The notes beneath the pieces were generated by a model, which had not been told where the DNA came from, did no database searches, and worked only from the letters and a program-made list of their open reading frames with translations. DNA of 64,000 bases from positions 68,728 to 132,727 of the forward strand of contig JBBQXP010000001.1 of NCBI GenBank assembly GCA_038209555.1. Direction: 5' to 3'. The first letter of the stretch is position 1, and each line of letters opens with the position of its first letter. The stretch is from Gaiellales bacterium. Its GTDB lineage: Bacteria > Actinomycetota > Thermoleophilia > Gaiellales > Gaiellaceae. Of this stretch, positions 27,086 to 36,652 are shown piece after piece. The translations under genes were made by a program, and so were the position numbers.

Positions 27086-27268
27086 GAAACCATCCTCGCA
27101 GCGGCCCAGGTTCTGGGCGGGCTTGTCGGCCGCCGAAACCGATCATTTCGCCGGAAGAACTACCACACCCTCGGCCGCTTTTCGTTGCATCCGTGACACT
27201 CCCGCGCGGTTTCCAGGGCTAGGATCGAAAACAGGGAGGAGGCTACGGGCACCTGAGCGCCCGCAGAG

Positions 27269-27838
27269 CTAGGAGACTCCCACGTCTTCCAGGTCAAGAA
27301 GGGCACGCTTCCGGTCGAGCCCGCCTGCGTATCCGACCAGGCTTCCTGATGCACCCACGATGCGGTGACAGGGGAGAACGATTGGCACCGGGTTGCGGTT
27401 CAATGCACCCCCGACAGCGCGGGCCGCCCTCGGCCGCCCGATCCGCTGCGCAAGCCCACCGTACGTGGCTGTCTCCGCATAGGGGACTAGAGCCAACTCG
27501 CGCAACACTTCCTGCTGAAACGCAGGTACGCCCGTGAGGTCTACCTCGAGCTCGAAGGCTCGCCTACGGCCCTCGAAGTAGTCGTCGAGTTGGCGCCGTA
27601 CCGCATCGAGTTGCGTCGGCACCCGAAGCACTCTCGCCCCGCACTGATCAGCGAGCCGCTCGAGCTCGGCATCCGGATCACGATCGGCGTCGAAGCTGAT
27701 CCGGCAGAGCCCTCGCGAAGTAGCGCCCACGAGCAGAAGGCCAATCGGGGAGTCAACCAGATCGTAGGCCGCGTCGACGAGTCCCTCGGCGGCGGCCGCA
27801 TCCCGGAATCGCCGGTCGACCTCGGCTGGAATCGTCAT
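27269..27838 (-). CDS. ogt: methylated-DNA--protein-cysteine methyltransferase
   Basis: Active-site PCHRIV, NRNPVPIVLPCHRIVGASGSLVGYAGGL. ATGA overlap with the upstream sigma-factor gene. Confidence 0.92.
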   Translation of the reverse strand: MTIPAEVDRRFRDAAAAEGLVDAAYDLVDSPIGLLLVGATSRGLCRISFDADRDPDAELERLADQCGARVLRVPTQLDAVRRQLDDYFEGRRRAFELEVDLTGVPAFQQEVLRELALVPYAETATYGGLAQRIGRPRAARAVGGALNRNPVPIVLPCHRIVGASGSLVGYAGGLDRKRALLDLEDVGVS

Positions 27839-28302
27839 CCTGTTTCCTCCTTCCGTCGCAGGCGCCGGACGCCGCTCGAGGCCGCCTGGCGGGCCGCCTG
27901 TTCGCTCGATCCAAGTGCGCCCGCGATGTCTGCATATGGCAGGTCATAGCCGTACCGGAGGACGACGGCGGCCCGCTCTGCGGGCGGCAAGCTTCCGGCA
28001 AGGTCCGCGAGTTCCGCGTAGGCCGGACGCCTGTCGTTCGTGGTGAGCTCGGGCAGCTCGCCGCGCGGCCGCTCCCGCCGACGCTCGTCGATCGCGATTC
28101 GTGTCGCGATCGTGAAGACCCATGCCCGAAGGTGTCGACCGTGCTCGAGCCCGGCATAGGCTCGAAGCGCCCGGAGAAACGTCTCCTGGAAGGCGTCTTC
28201 GGCCGGCTGCCGACCAAGCAGACGCACGAGGTAACCGAAGACTTCCTCGCGGTGGTCGTCGTAGAACCTCTCGAAGGGTGGTATTGACACGACCTGCATC
28301 AT
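27835..28302 (-). CDS. ECF-type sigma-70 family RNA polymerase sigma factor
   Basis: Region 2 (EDAFQETFLRALRAY, LRAWVFTIATRIAID) and region 4 (RAAVVLRYGYDLPYADIAGALG). ATG 28302 gives 155 aa. Confidence 0.85.
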   Translation of the reverse strand: MMQVVSIPPFERFYDDHREEVFGYLVRLLGRQPAEDAFQETFLRALRAYAGLEHGRHLRAWVFTIATRIAIDERRRERPRGELPELTTNDRRPAYAELADLAGSLPPAERAAVVLRYGYDLPYADIAGALGSSEQAARQAASSGVRRLRRKEETG

Positions 28303-28344
28303 CCGTTGAAACGGTCGGGACCGGTGAGCTGTGAGACTGGCGGG

Positions 28345-29157
28345 ATGCGTATCGGCGTCGTCGGTCACGTCGAGTGGGTGCAGTTCGTGCGCGTCGCGCA
28401 CGTGCCCGCACGTGGAGAGATCTTGCAGGCGTCGAGCGGATGGGAGGAAGCCGGGGGCGGAGGAAGTGTCGCGGCCGCGGAGATCGCCCGACTGGCCGGC
28501 GCCGCAACCCTCTTCACTGCACTCGGTGACGACGATTGGGGTCATCGTGCCAAGGCGGAGCTCGAGGGCCTCGGGGTCCGAGTCGAAGCGGCGTTTCGGC
28601 CCGAGCCGCAGCGCCGCGCAGTCACGTTCACCGACGACGACGGGGAGCGGACGATCACCCTGATCGGCAACAAGCTTCGGCTCCGCATCGAGGAGCCTCT
28701 GCCTTGGGAGGAGCTCGCCGCCTATGACGGCATCTACTTTACGGCCGGGGAGCCGGACGTTCTTCGCGCGGCGCGGCGAGCTCAGGTCCTCGTGGCGACC
28801 GCACGTGAGCTTCCGACCTTGCTGGCTGCCCCTGAGCTCGAGCTGGACGCCGTTGTCTCGAGTGCGAACGATCCTTCGGAGAAGTATTCCGGCGAGCTGC
28901 CACGGGCACCCCGACTGGTGGTCAGGACAGAGGGTGCCTCGGGCGGGAGCTACGAGCCCGGCGACGGCCGGTGGGCCGCGGCACCTCTGCCCGGAGTACT
29001 CGTTGACTCCTACGGCGCCGGCGACTGCCTTGCTGCCGGTCTCACGGTGGGGCTGGCCGAAGGCCGAGCGGTTCCCGAAGCTCTGACCCTCGCCGCCGGC
29101 TCAGCGGCGCGAGCTCTGACCCGCCAAGGGGCGCATGGCGGCCTGAACCAAGGCTGA
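28345..29157 (+). CDS. PfkB-family carbohydrate kinase
   Basis: MRIGVVGHVEW, GGGGSVAAA, C-terminal DSYGAGDCLAAGL (GAGD motif). Confidence 0.85.
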   Translation: MRIGVVGHVEWVQFVRVAHVPARGEILQASSGWEEAGGGGSVAAAEIARLAGAATLFTALGDDDWGHRAKAELEGLGVRVEAAFRPEPQRRAVTFTDDDGERTITLIGNKLRLRIEEPLPWEELAAYDGIYFTAGEPDVLRAARRAQVLVATARELPTLLAAPELELDAVVSSANDPSEKYSGELPRAPRLVVRTEGASGGSYEPGDGRWAAAPLPGVLVDSYGAGDCLAAGLTVGLAEGRAVPEALTLAAGSAARALTRQGAHGGLNQG

Positions 29158-29203
29158 ACGCGATCCGCGTAAGTGGAGGTGCGGGGGTTGGCGGGGTTGC
29201 GTA

Positions 29204-29240
29204 GTGGGGTTCTGTGGTTTAGAGTGGGGGAAAGTGGTGG
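29204..29240 (+). promoter_or_regulatory. four GTGG boxes at exact 10-bp phasing upstream of mraZ (candidate MraZ operator)
   Basis: GTGG at 29204, 29214, 29224 and 29234 (GTGGGGTTCT GTGGTTTAGA GTGGGGGAAA GTGGTGG), ending about 20 nt before the mraZ ATG at 29260. Confidence 0.6.
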
Positions 29241-29259
29241 ATAACAGAGAGGCCCCTGG

Positions 29260-29694
29260 ATGCTGCTTGGTGAACACGAGCACGCTCTCGATGACAAGAA
29301 CCGTCTTATTCTTCCCGCCAGGTTCCGTCAGTCCTTCGCTGCCGGGGTCGTCTTGGCGCGAGGGATGGACGGGTGTCTCGTCGTCTACACGCGCGACGAG
29401 TGGGAGCGGTTCGTCGAGCAGCGACTCGCGGGTCTCGACCCGTTCAGCCTGGAGGCGCGTCAGATGAGCCGCTTCGTCTTTGCGGGAGCATCCGAGGCAG
29501 AGCTCGACAAGCAGGGCCGCGTGATGGTGCCGCAGCCGCTCGTCGAGCACGCAAAACTCGACCGCGAGGTCGTGGTCGCCGGCGTTCGCGATCACCTGGA
29601 GATCTGGGACCGCGCCGCTTGGCGCAAACAACTCGAAGAGGTCGAAGGGAGTGCTGAGCTTGTTGCAGAACGCCTCGCAGCACAGCAAGACTGA
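29260..29694 (+). CDS. mraZ: transcriptional regulator MraZ
   Basis: MLLGEHEHALDDKNRLILPARFR and a second DxxxR-type repeat LDKQGRVMVPQPL. First gene of the dcw cluster. Confidence 0.93.
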   Translation: MLLGEHEHALDDKNRLILPARFRQSFAAGVVLARGMDGCLVVYTRDEWERFVEQRLAGLDPFSLEARQMSRFVFAGASEAELDKQGRVMVPQPLVEHAKLDREVVVAGVRDHLEIWDRAAWRKQLEEVEGSAELVAERLAAQQD

Positions 29695-30625
29695 TCACGT
29701 CCCCGTCCTCGCCGACGAGGTGCGCGAGCTCCTCGACGTGAGCCCTGAGGAAACCGTCGTCGACGCGACGTTCGGTGCGGGCGGGCATGCGGCCGTGCTC
29801 GCGGCCGACCTCGAAGGAAAGGGCCGGTTCATCGCGATAGATCGTGACCCGACGGTTCGGCAGTACTTCGAACGCTTCCAGCGACGTTCGCGGGGTGTCC
29901 AGACACGGTTTCTGCGTGGCGATTTCGATGTGGTGATGGCACAACTGGCCCAGAACGACGTCCAAGCCGACGCAGTGCTCCTCGATCTCGGAGTCTCGAG
30001 CATGCAGATCGACCGGCCGGAGCGCGGCTTCTCGTACGCCGTTGACGCGCCGCTCGACATGCGAATGGATCCGTCCGCAGAGCGCTCCGCGAAGGAAGTC
30101 GTGAACGAGACCGGCGAGCGCGAGCTCGCAAACGTGTTCCGTCGCTACGGCGAAGAGCGCTTCTCTCGTCAGATCGCCTCTGCGATCGGCCGTCGGCGCC
30201 GCGAGCAGCCCTACGAGCGGACGTCGGAGTTGGTCGAGACGATCCGTGAGGCGATCCCCGCTCCCAGACGCTTTGGCGACGGGCACCCAGCCAGGCGCGT
30301 CTTCCAGGCCCTTCGAATCGAGGTCAACGACGAGCTCGGCTCTCTGGAGCGGGCTCTACCTTCCATTCTGAGCATGCTCCGGCCGGGTGGCCGGGTCGCT
30401 GTCATCAGCTTCCACTCGCTCGAAGATCGCATCGTGAAGCGGTTCTTTGCAACAGAGGCGCGCGGTTGCACGTGCCCGCCCGACTTCCCGGTGTGTGTAT
30501 GCGGAAAGGAGCCGCGCGTACGTCTCGTGACGAAGAAGGCCGTCCGACCGTCACCCGCCGAGGTAGCGGTCAACGTTCGTTCCGCGTCCGCCCGGCTCCG
30601 CGTTGCGATGAGGACGGAGGCGTAG
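29651..30625 (+). CDS. rsmH: 16S rRNA (cytosine1402-N4)-methyltransferase
   Basis: HVPVLADEV, DATFGAGGH, DLGVSSMQIDRPERGFS, ISFHSLEDRIVK. Exact start within 29651-29700 is uncertain. Confidence 0.92.
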   Translation: MLSLLQNASQHSKTDHVPVLADEVRELLDVSPEETVVDATFGAGGHAAVLAADLEGKGRFIAIDRDPTVRQYFERFQRRSRGVQTRFLRGDFDVVMAQLAQNDVQADAVLLDLGVSSMQIDRPERGFSYAVDAPLDMRMDPSAERSAKEVVNETGERELANVFRRYGEERFSRQIASAIGRRRREQPYERTSELVETIREAIPAPRRFGDGHPARRVFQALRIEVNDELGSLERALPSILSMLRPGGRVAVISFHSLEDRIVKRFFATEARGCTCPPDFPVCVCGKEPRVRLVTKKAVRPSPAEVAVNVRSASARLRVAMRTEA

Positions 30626-30626
30626 C

Positions 30627-31004
30627 ATGTCCTCGGCAGCCGCACGAGCCGAACCGCGGATCAAACGCGCACCCAGGCGCACGGCGCAGCCGGCGGCACG
30701 GCCACGCTCCCGTCCGCGTCCGGCGGCACGGCCTCGAGTCGCCGGGGGAGTGCTCTGGATCGTGATCGTGGCGGTGCTGCTCGCCGGCATCGTCGCGCTG
30801 AACGTCGCGGTGCTCGGGCTCAACATGGAAGTTGAGCGTCTGGACACCCAGAAAGAACGGATCCAGTCACAGACGGCCGAGATCGCTACCGAGCTGTCGA
30901 GCGCAGCAGCGTCGGGGCGTGTCGAGGCCGCTGCGCGAGGGCGTCTCGGGCTCGTCGACGCGAGTCAGACTACGTATGTCCAGGTGAGCCGCCACGGCCG
31001 GTGA
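30627..31004 (+). CDS. ftsL: FtsL-like cell division protein
   Basis: Arg-rich N-terminus, single TM segment VLWIVIVAVLLAGIVALNVAVL, then a coiled coil. Located between rsmH and ftsI. Confidence 0.75.
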   Translation: MSSAAARAEPRIKRAPRRTAQPAARPRSRPRPAARPRVAGGVLWIVIVAVLLAGIVALNVAVLGLNMEVERLDTQKERIQSQTAEIATELSSAAASGRVEAAARGRLGLVDASQTTYVQVSRHGR

Positions 31005-32701
31005 CCGCGCGCCTCGTCAACCGGAGGATTCGCCTACTCGTCGGGGTGTTCGCCTGCATCTTCGCCGCCACCTTTGCGAGGGCAGCCTGGTTGCAGGCGG
31101 TGGAAGCTCGGGGTCTGAACGCGCTCGCGACCAGTCAGCACCGCGAGACGCTCGCGGTGCCGGCACGTCGCGGCACGATCTACGATCGCACGGGCAGCGA
31201 GCTTGCAATCGGCGCGCGGGCGATCACCGTCTATGCGAACCCGAAGCAGGTGCGAGACCCGCGAAGCCTGGCTGAGCAGGTGGGCGCTGCACTAGAAATC
31301 GATCCTGCGGAGCTCTATCGACTCGTGGCCGACCGGAGCCGAGGGTTCGTCTACCTTGCGCGCAAAGCTGATCCGAAGCTGGCCGAAGCGCTCGAAGCCA
31401 AGCACCTGGTCGGGCTCGGGTTCATCCCCGAAGAGCGCCGCACGTATCCCCAGAAGTCAGTCGCTTCGGAGGCGGTCGGGTTTGCGGGGACGGACAACAA
31501 AGGGCTCGCAGGGATCGAGTTTCGGCTCGACCGCATACTTGCCGGTTCATCCGGAAGCGAGTCGGTCGTGCGTGATCCTTTCGGGCGAGTCGTCAGGGTG
31601 CTCGAGACGAAGCCCGTCAAAGAGGGTCGGGACGTCTACCTGACGCTCGATCACACGCTCCAGGGCCAGGTGGAGCGCATTCTTGGGAACGCGCGAGCGC
31701 AATGGGCGGCCAAAGCGGCGACGGCGATCGTCATGGATCCCCGCACGGGGGCCATGCTCGCGATGGCGGTCGAGCCGGGGTTCGACGCGAACAAGTTCGG
31801 GGAGCTCAAGGAGGGTCGAGAGCGAAATCGCGCCGTTACGGACACGTACGAGCCGGGATCGACGTTCAAGGTCGTGACCCTTGCCGGGGCCCTTGAAAGC
31901 GGCATGGTAACGCCGTCGACCCAATACACCCTCCGGCCGGAGATCCGGGTCGCGGACCGCGTCATCCACGACGCGGAGCCTCGGGGAACCGAGACGATGA
32001 CGGTTTCCCAGATCCTGTTCCAATCGTCGAACGTCGGCGTGATCACGCTCGCCCTCGGTCTGGGGAAAGAACGGTTGGCGAGCTGGATCGACCGGTTCGG
32101 ATTCGGCCACCGCACGGGCATCGACTTCCCCGGTGAAAGCCGCGGGATCGTTCTTCCGCCCGAGCGCTGGTCCGGCTCGACGATCGGGAACGTGCCGATC
32201 GGGCAGGGGATCGCGGTCACCCCCATGCAGATGGCGGCCGCCTACGCCACGATCGCGAACGGCGGTCTCGAGGTGCAACCGCATCTCGTCGACCGAGTCG
32301 AGGGCGGGGGCGCGTGGAAGGCCAAGCGCCGCCGGGTCTTGTCCGCCGAGACCGCGGAGGCGCTGACGACCATGCTGCGCCAAGTGGTGGGGAATAACCA
32401 GGGCACCGGACAGGAGGCCCAGATACCGGGCTACTCGATTGCGGGCAAGACCGGAACCGCGGCAAAGCCCGACCCCGTGTTGGGTGGCTACTCGACTTCG
32501 AAGTATGTGGCTTCGTTCGTCGGGTTCCTGCCGGCATCGAACCCACGGCTTGTGATCCTCGTCGCGGTCGACGAACCAAAGGGCGCAATCTGGGGCGGCT
32601 CCGTTGCAGCTCCGGTGTTCTCCCAGATCGGGCGCTTCGCACTGCAGTACCTGGAAGTTCCGCCGGACGCTCCTCAGACCGCGGAGCAGGCGACTCCCTA
32701 A
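31001..32701 (+). CDS. ftsI: penicillin-binding protein (FtsI-type class B transpeptidase)
   Basis: SxxK GSTFKV, SxN QSSNVG, KTGT. GTGA overlap with ftsL. Confidence 0.92.
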   Translation: MTARLVNRRIRLLVGVFACIFAATFARAAWLQAVEARGLNALATSQHRETLAVPARRGTIYDRTGSELAIGARAITVYANPKQVRDPRSLAEQVGAALEIDPAELYRLVADRSRGFVYLARKADPKLAEALEAKHLVGLGFIPEERRTYPQKSVASEAVGFAGTDNKGLAGIEFRLDRILAGSSGSESVVRDPFGRVVRVLETKPVKEGRDVYLTLDHTLQGQVERILGNARAQWAAKAATAIVMDPRTGAMLAMAVEPGFDANKFGELKEGRERNRAVTDTYEPGSTFKVVTLAGALESGMVTPSTQYTLRPEIRVADRVIHDAEPRGTETMTVSQILFQSSNVGVITLALGLGKERLASWIDRFGFGHRTGIDFPGESRGIVLPPERWSGSTIGNVPIGQGIAVTPMQMAAAYATIANGGLEVQPHLVDRVEGGGAWKAKRRRVLSAETAEALTTMLRQVVGNNQGTGQEAQIPGYSIAGKTGTAAKPDPVLGGYSTSKYVASFVGFLPASNPRLVILVAVDEPKGAIWGGSVAAPVFSQIGRFALQYLEVPPDAPQTAEQATP

Positions 32702-32819
32702 ACGCCGCGGGGGGACCCTTCTGGACCCGGTGGCCTCCTCCCCGAGTCGATCGTATGAGCGAGGAGCGCGCGGGTGTGTTGCGAAATGAGAAAAAGCGCG
32801 AGGAAATGCGCGGCTTTCT

Positions 32820-34334
32820 GTGTCACAAAGTCCACGGAAGGGGCAGGCGACGTTGGTAGAATCCGCCGCCATCGAGCTGGAGAGCCTGAGCCAGGCCGTG
32901 GGCCCGACGCGCACGGTTAATCCCGGGCCCGCCGACATCACGGATCTCGCGTACGACGCGCGCCGCGTGACGGCTGGGGCTCTGTTTGCGTGCGTGCCGG
33001 GCCAACGAGCAGATGGCCACGACTTCGCAGGAGACGCTGTCGACCGGGGAGCGGTTGCACTGATCGTCGAACGCCAGCTCGAGTTGCCCGTTCCACAGCT
33101 AGTCGTCGCTGACGTCCGGGAGGCGATGGCGTTGGCTGCCGACGCGTTCTTCGGCACTCCGACACGCGAGCTTCTCGTCGCGGGTGTGACTGGAACCAAC
33201 GGCAAGACAACGACCGCGTTCCTGCTCTTCTCCATTCTTGCCGCAGCCGGCATGCGTCCGGGATTGCTCGGCACCGTGGAAGGGCGGGTGGGCGGGGAGC
33301 GCCGCGCCGTCATCCGGACGACCCCGGAGGCGATCGACCTCCAGCGGACATTTCGCGAGATGCTCGACGCGGGCGATCGCAGCGTCGCCATGGAGGCTTC
33401 TTCGCACGCTTCCGAGCTGCGGCGCCTGCTCGGCGTTCGCTTTGCCGTACTTGTCTTTACGAATCTGTCTCAGGATCACCTCGACTTTCACGGGACGATG
33501 GAGAAGTATTTCGAGGCCAAGCGCAGGCTCTTTGTCGAGCCTGACCCGGATGGACGGCACCCGCCAGCGGCGCTGAACGTCGGCGACGCGCACGGGCCTG
33601 GCCTGGCCGAGGAGCTTCGCGAACTCAGGGTGCCACTCCTCACGTTCGGCATCGCGGGCGACGCAGACGTCAGACCGGAGTCGCTCGAGATCGGCCCTGG
33701 TGGCTCCTCATTCACCGCTGCGGGCATCCCGATCTCGAGCCGGTTGCGCGGGCGCTTCAATGTCGAGAATGTCCTGGGTGCGGTCGCCGCGGCCCGGCTT
33801 CTCGGTGTCGAGGATGCCGCGATCCGCCGAGGCGTCGAGCATGTCGCTGGGGTTCCGGGCCGGTTCGAGGCGGTGGACGAAGGGCAGCCTTTTGCCGTGC
33901 TGGTCGACTACGCGCATACGCCCGAAGCGCTGGAAAACGTCCTCATGGAAGCGCGGGCGATTACCGCGGGACGTCTGCACTGTGTCTTCGGATGCGGCGG
34001 CGACCGCGACCGCGGTAAGCGTCCGCTCATGGGTGAGGTCGCCACGCGCCTTGCCGACAATGTGGTCATCACATCCGACAACCCACGAAGCGAGAAGCCG
34101 GAGGCGATCATCGAAGAGATTCTCGAGGGGGCCGGCCGGGGAGCGGAGGTCGAGCCAGACCGGGCGCTCGCTATCGCACGCGCGCTCGAGGCGGCGCAGG
34201 ACGGCGACGTGGTGGTGATCGCGGGCAAGGGGCATGAGCCCGGGCAGGAATTTCACGATCGGACGATCCCGTTCGACGATCGAGTAGTCGCACGGGACGC
34301 GCTACGCCGGCTTTGCGCCGGAGCGTCAGCATGA
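32820..34334 (+). CDS. murE: UDP-N-acetylmuramoyl-L-alanyl-D-glutamate--2,6-diaminopimelate ligase
   Basis: GVTGTNGKTTT and the DNPR motif (TSDNPRSE) typical of meso-DAP-adding MurE. Confidence 0.92.
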   Translation: MSQSPRKGQATLVESAAIELESLSQAVGPTRTVNPGPADITDLAYDARRVTAGALFACVPGQRADGHDFAGDAVDRGAVALIVERQLELPVPQLVVADVREAMALAADAFFGTPTRELLVAGVTGTNGKTTTAFLLFSILAAAGMRPGLLGTVEGRVGGERRAVIRTTPEAIDLQRTFREMLDAGDRSVAMEASSHASELRRLLGVRFAVLVFTNLSQDHLDFHGTMEKYFEAKRRLFVEPDPDGRHPPAALNVGDAHGPGLAEELRELRVPLLTFGIAGDADVRPESLEIGPGGSSFTAAGIPISSRLRGRFNVENVLGAVAAARLLGVEDAAIRRGVEHVAGVPGRFEAVDEGQPFAVLVDYAHTPEALENVLMEARAITAGRLHCVFGCGGDRDRGKRPLMGEVATRLADNVVITSDNPRSEKPEAIIEEILEGAGRGAEVEPDRALAIARALEAAQDGDVVVIAGKGHEPGQEFHDRTIPFDDRVVARDALRRLCAGASA

Positions 34335-35638
34335 TTCCACTAGCCATCGACGAGATCAGCTCGCTCGCGCGAGGCCGACTCGAAGTCGTTCCGGGAGCCG
34401 AGTTCGTGACCGGTATTCAGATCGATTCGAGACGTGTCGCAGCGGGCGACCTGTTCGTTGCGGTCGGGTCAGGTGTGGACTACGTGCCGGAGGCTCTCCA
34501 GCGAGGGGCGGCCGCAACGCTGATCCCCGAGGACGCCTTCGTTGCGCTAGCGGCGCTCGGTGGCGCAGTACGCGAGCGCTCTTCCGCCCGTGTTGTCGCG
34601 GTCACCGGCTCGGTCGGGAAGACGACGACGAAAGACATTCTCGGCGCGCTCTGCGGCCCGCACGCTTCGACCGTGGTGGCGGAAGGGAGTCAGAACAACG
34701 AGATCGGCCTGCCGCTGACGCTGTGCCGGATCGAAGCCGACACACAGGTGGTCGTCCTGGAGATGGGCATGCGCGGGCTCGGGCAGATCGCTGAGCTCTG
34801 CGCGGTCGCCCGGCCCGACGTCGGAGTGGTCACGAGCATCGGGCCTGTCCACCTCGAGCTCCTTGGAACGGTCGAGAACGTCGCCCGCGCCAAAGCGGAG
34901 CTGATCGAGGCGCTCCCCCGGGGCGGTGCAGCAGTCGTGCCGAGCGACGAGCCGCTGCTCGAGCCCTTCCTTGGACGAGCCGATCTTCGAGTGCTTCGGT
35001 TCGGAGCGGGCGGGGACGTGCGCCTGGAGGCCTTTCGCCCCGGGCCGATCGGTTCTGAGGTTGAGGTCGAGGTTCTCGGGGAGCGGCTCACCCTCGAGTT
35101 GCCCATCGGCGCCCGGCATAACGCTACGAACTTCCTCGCAGGCCTCGCTGCCTACGTGGCGCTCGGCTTCTCGATCGCCGAGGCTGGCAGGGGCGGAGCG
35201 GAGATCAAGCTCTCGCGTTGGCGCGGTGAGGAGTTTCCGCTTCCGGGCGGCGGAGTGCTCGTGAACGACGCCTACAACGCGAACCCGGTGTCAATGGCGG
35301 CCGCGCTCGACCACCTCGGCCAGCGTGCGGGGTCCAGTCGCAAGGTGGCGATCCTCGGCGAGATGGCGGAGCTCGGCCCGGCAGGCGCGGACTACCACAG
35401 GCAGGTGGGTGAGGCCGCTACGCAGGCAGGGGTGTCCGTTCTCGTGGCGGTCGGCTCACTTGCTACGGAGTATCTGGAGGGGGCGCACGTTCCGACGATG
35501 CGCTGGGCGGAGAACGCTCAGGCGGCGCTCGCAGAGGCCTCCGCGCTCCTGGAGCCGGGCGACTGGGTCCTCGTCAAGGGATCCCGGTCGGTCGGTCTCG
35601 AAGTCGTTGCCGAGGGACTCGCGGGCATTCCCGCCTGA
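34331..35638 (+). CDS. murF: UDP-N-acetylmuramoyl-tripeptide--D-alanyl-D-alanine ligase
   Basis: VTGSVGKTTTKD, EMGMRGLGQI. ATGA overlap with the murE stop at 34331-34334. Confidence 0.92.
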   Translation: MIPLAIDEISSLARGRLEVVPGAEFVTGIQIDSRRVAAGDLFVAVGSGVDYVPEALQRGAAATLIPEDAFVALAALGGAVRERSSARVVAVTGSVGKTTTKDILGALCGPHASTVVAEGSQNNEIGLPLTLCRIEADTQVVVLEMGMRGLGQIAELCAVARPDVGVVTSIGPVHLELLGTVENVARAKAELIEALPRGGAAVVPSDEPLLEPFLGRADLRVLRFGAGGDVRLEAFRPGPIGSEVEVEVLGERLTLELPIGARHNATNFLAGLAAYVALGFSIAEAGRGGAEIKLSRWRGEEFPLPGGGVLVNDAYNANPVSMAAALDHLGQRAGSSRKVAILGEMAELGPAGADYHRQVGEAATQAGVSVLVAVGSLATEYLEGAHVPTMRWAENAQAALAEASALLEPGDWVLVKGSRSVGLEVVAEGLAGIPA

Positions 35639-35641
35639 GCC

Positions 35642-36652
35642 GTGACGGAAGTCCTCCTCTCCGGGATCATCGCAATGGTCATCTCCATCGGGGCGGGCCC
35701 GAAGTTCATCGACTTTCTGCGGCGAAACGAACTCGGCCAGCACATTCGCGAAGAGGGTCCGAAGGGGCATGTGACGAAGCAGGGCACGCCGACCATGGGC
35801 GGCCTTCTGATCATGCTCGCCATGGCGATCCCGTTCCTCCTCTTCTCGGAGCACACGCTGCCTGCGCTCACGGCCTTCTTCGTGACTTTGGGCTGTGCGG
35901 CGATCGGCTTCGTCGACGACTGGACGAAGTTGACGCATCGGCGTTCGCTCGGCCTCGCAGGGCGCTGGAAGCTGCTCGGGCTCGGTGCGATCACACTCGT
36001 GGTCGCACTGGTCGTCTACAACCGCGACTTCAAGACGACCGTGTATCTGCCCCTTCTCGACGTCGACCTGCCTCTGTCGTGGGCGTGGTACGGGCTTCTC
36101 TTCATCATCATCGCCGGGGCGGCGAACGGGGTGAACCTCACCGACGGCCTCGACGGTCTTGCGGCGGGTACGGCGACGATCGCCCTCCTCACCTACACGT
36201 CGATGACCATCGTCGCGTACATCGTTTCGCTGCGGACCGGCACGGGCGACAAGGCGGACCTCGACCTGGCCATACTGGGCGCGAGTCTGATCGGAGCGTC
36301 GATCGGTTTCCTCTGGTACAACGCCTTCCCCGCCCAGGTATTCATGGGGGACACCGGGTCAATGGGACTCGGAGGCGCCCTGGCGGCGTTCGCGATCATG
36401 ACCAAGACCGAAGTGCTGCTGACGCTGATCGGCGGCATCTTTTTGATTGAGGCGCTGTCGGTCATGCTCCAGGTGTTCACGTTCAAGTGGCTGGGCCGTC
36501 GCGTTCTGCTCATGGCGCCGCTCCACCATCATTTCGAGATGAAGGCGTGGTCGGAGTCGCGAATCATGGTGCGCTTCTGGATCGCGGCCGCAATCTTCTG
36601 CGCGTGTGCATTCGTTCTCTACTACCAGTCGTTCTCGAAGTTCGCGTCCTGA
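35642..36652 (+). CDS. mraY: phospho-N-acetylmuramoyl-pentapeptide-transferase
   Basis: PTMGGLLI, NGVNLTDGLDGLAAG, FMGDTGSMGLGG, HHHFE. Confidence 0.93.
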   Translation: MTEVLLSGIIAMVISIGAGPKFIDFLRRNELGQHIREEGPKGHVTKQGTPTMGGLLIMLAMAIPFLLFSEHTLPALTAFFVTLGCAAIGFVDDWTKLTHRRSLGLAGRWKLLGLGAITLVVALVVYNRDFKTTVYLPLLDVDLPLSWAWYGLLFIIIAGAANGVNLTDGLDGLAAGTATIALLTYTSMTIVAYIVSLRTGTGDKADLDLAILGASLIGASIGFLWYNAFPAQVFMGDTGSMGLGGALAAFAIMTKTEVLLTLIGGIFLIEALSVMLQVFTFKWLGRRVLLMAPLHHHFEMKAWSESRIMVRFWIAAAIFCACAFVLYYQSFSKFAS

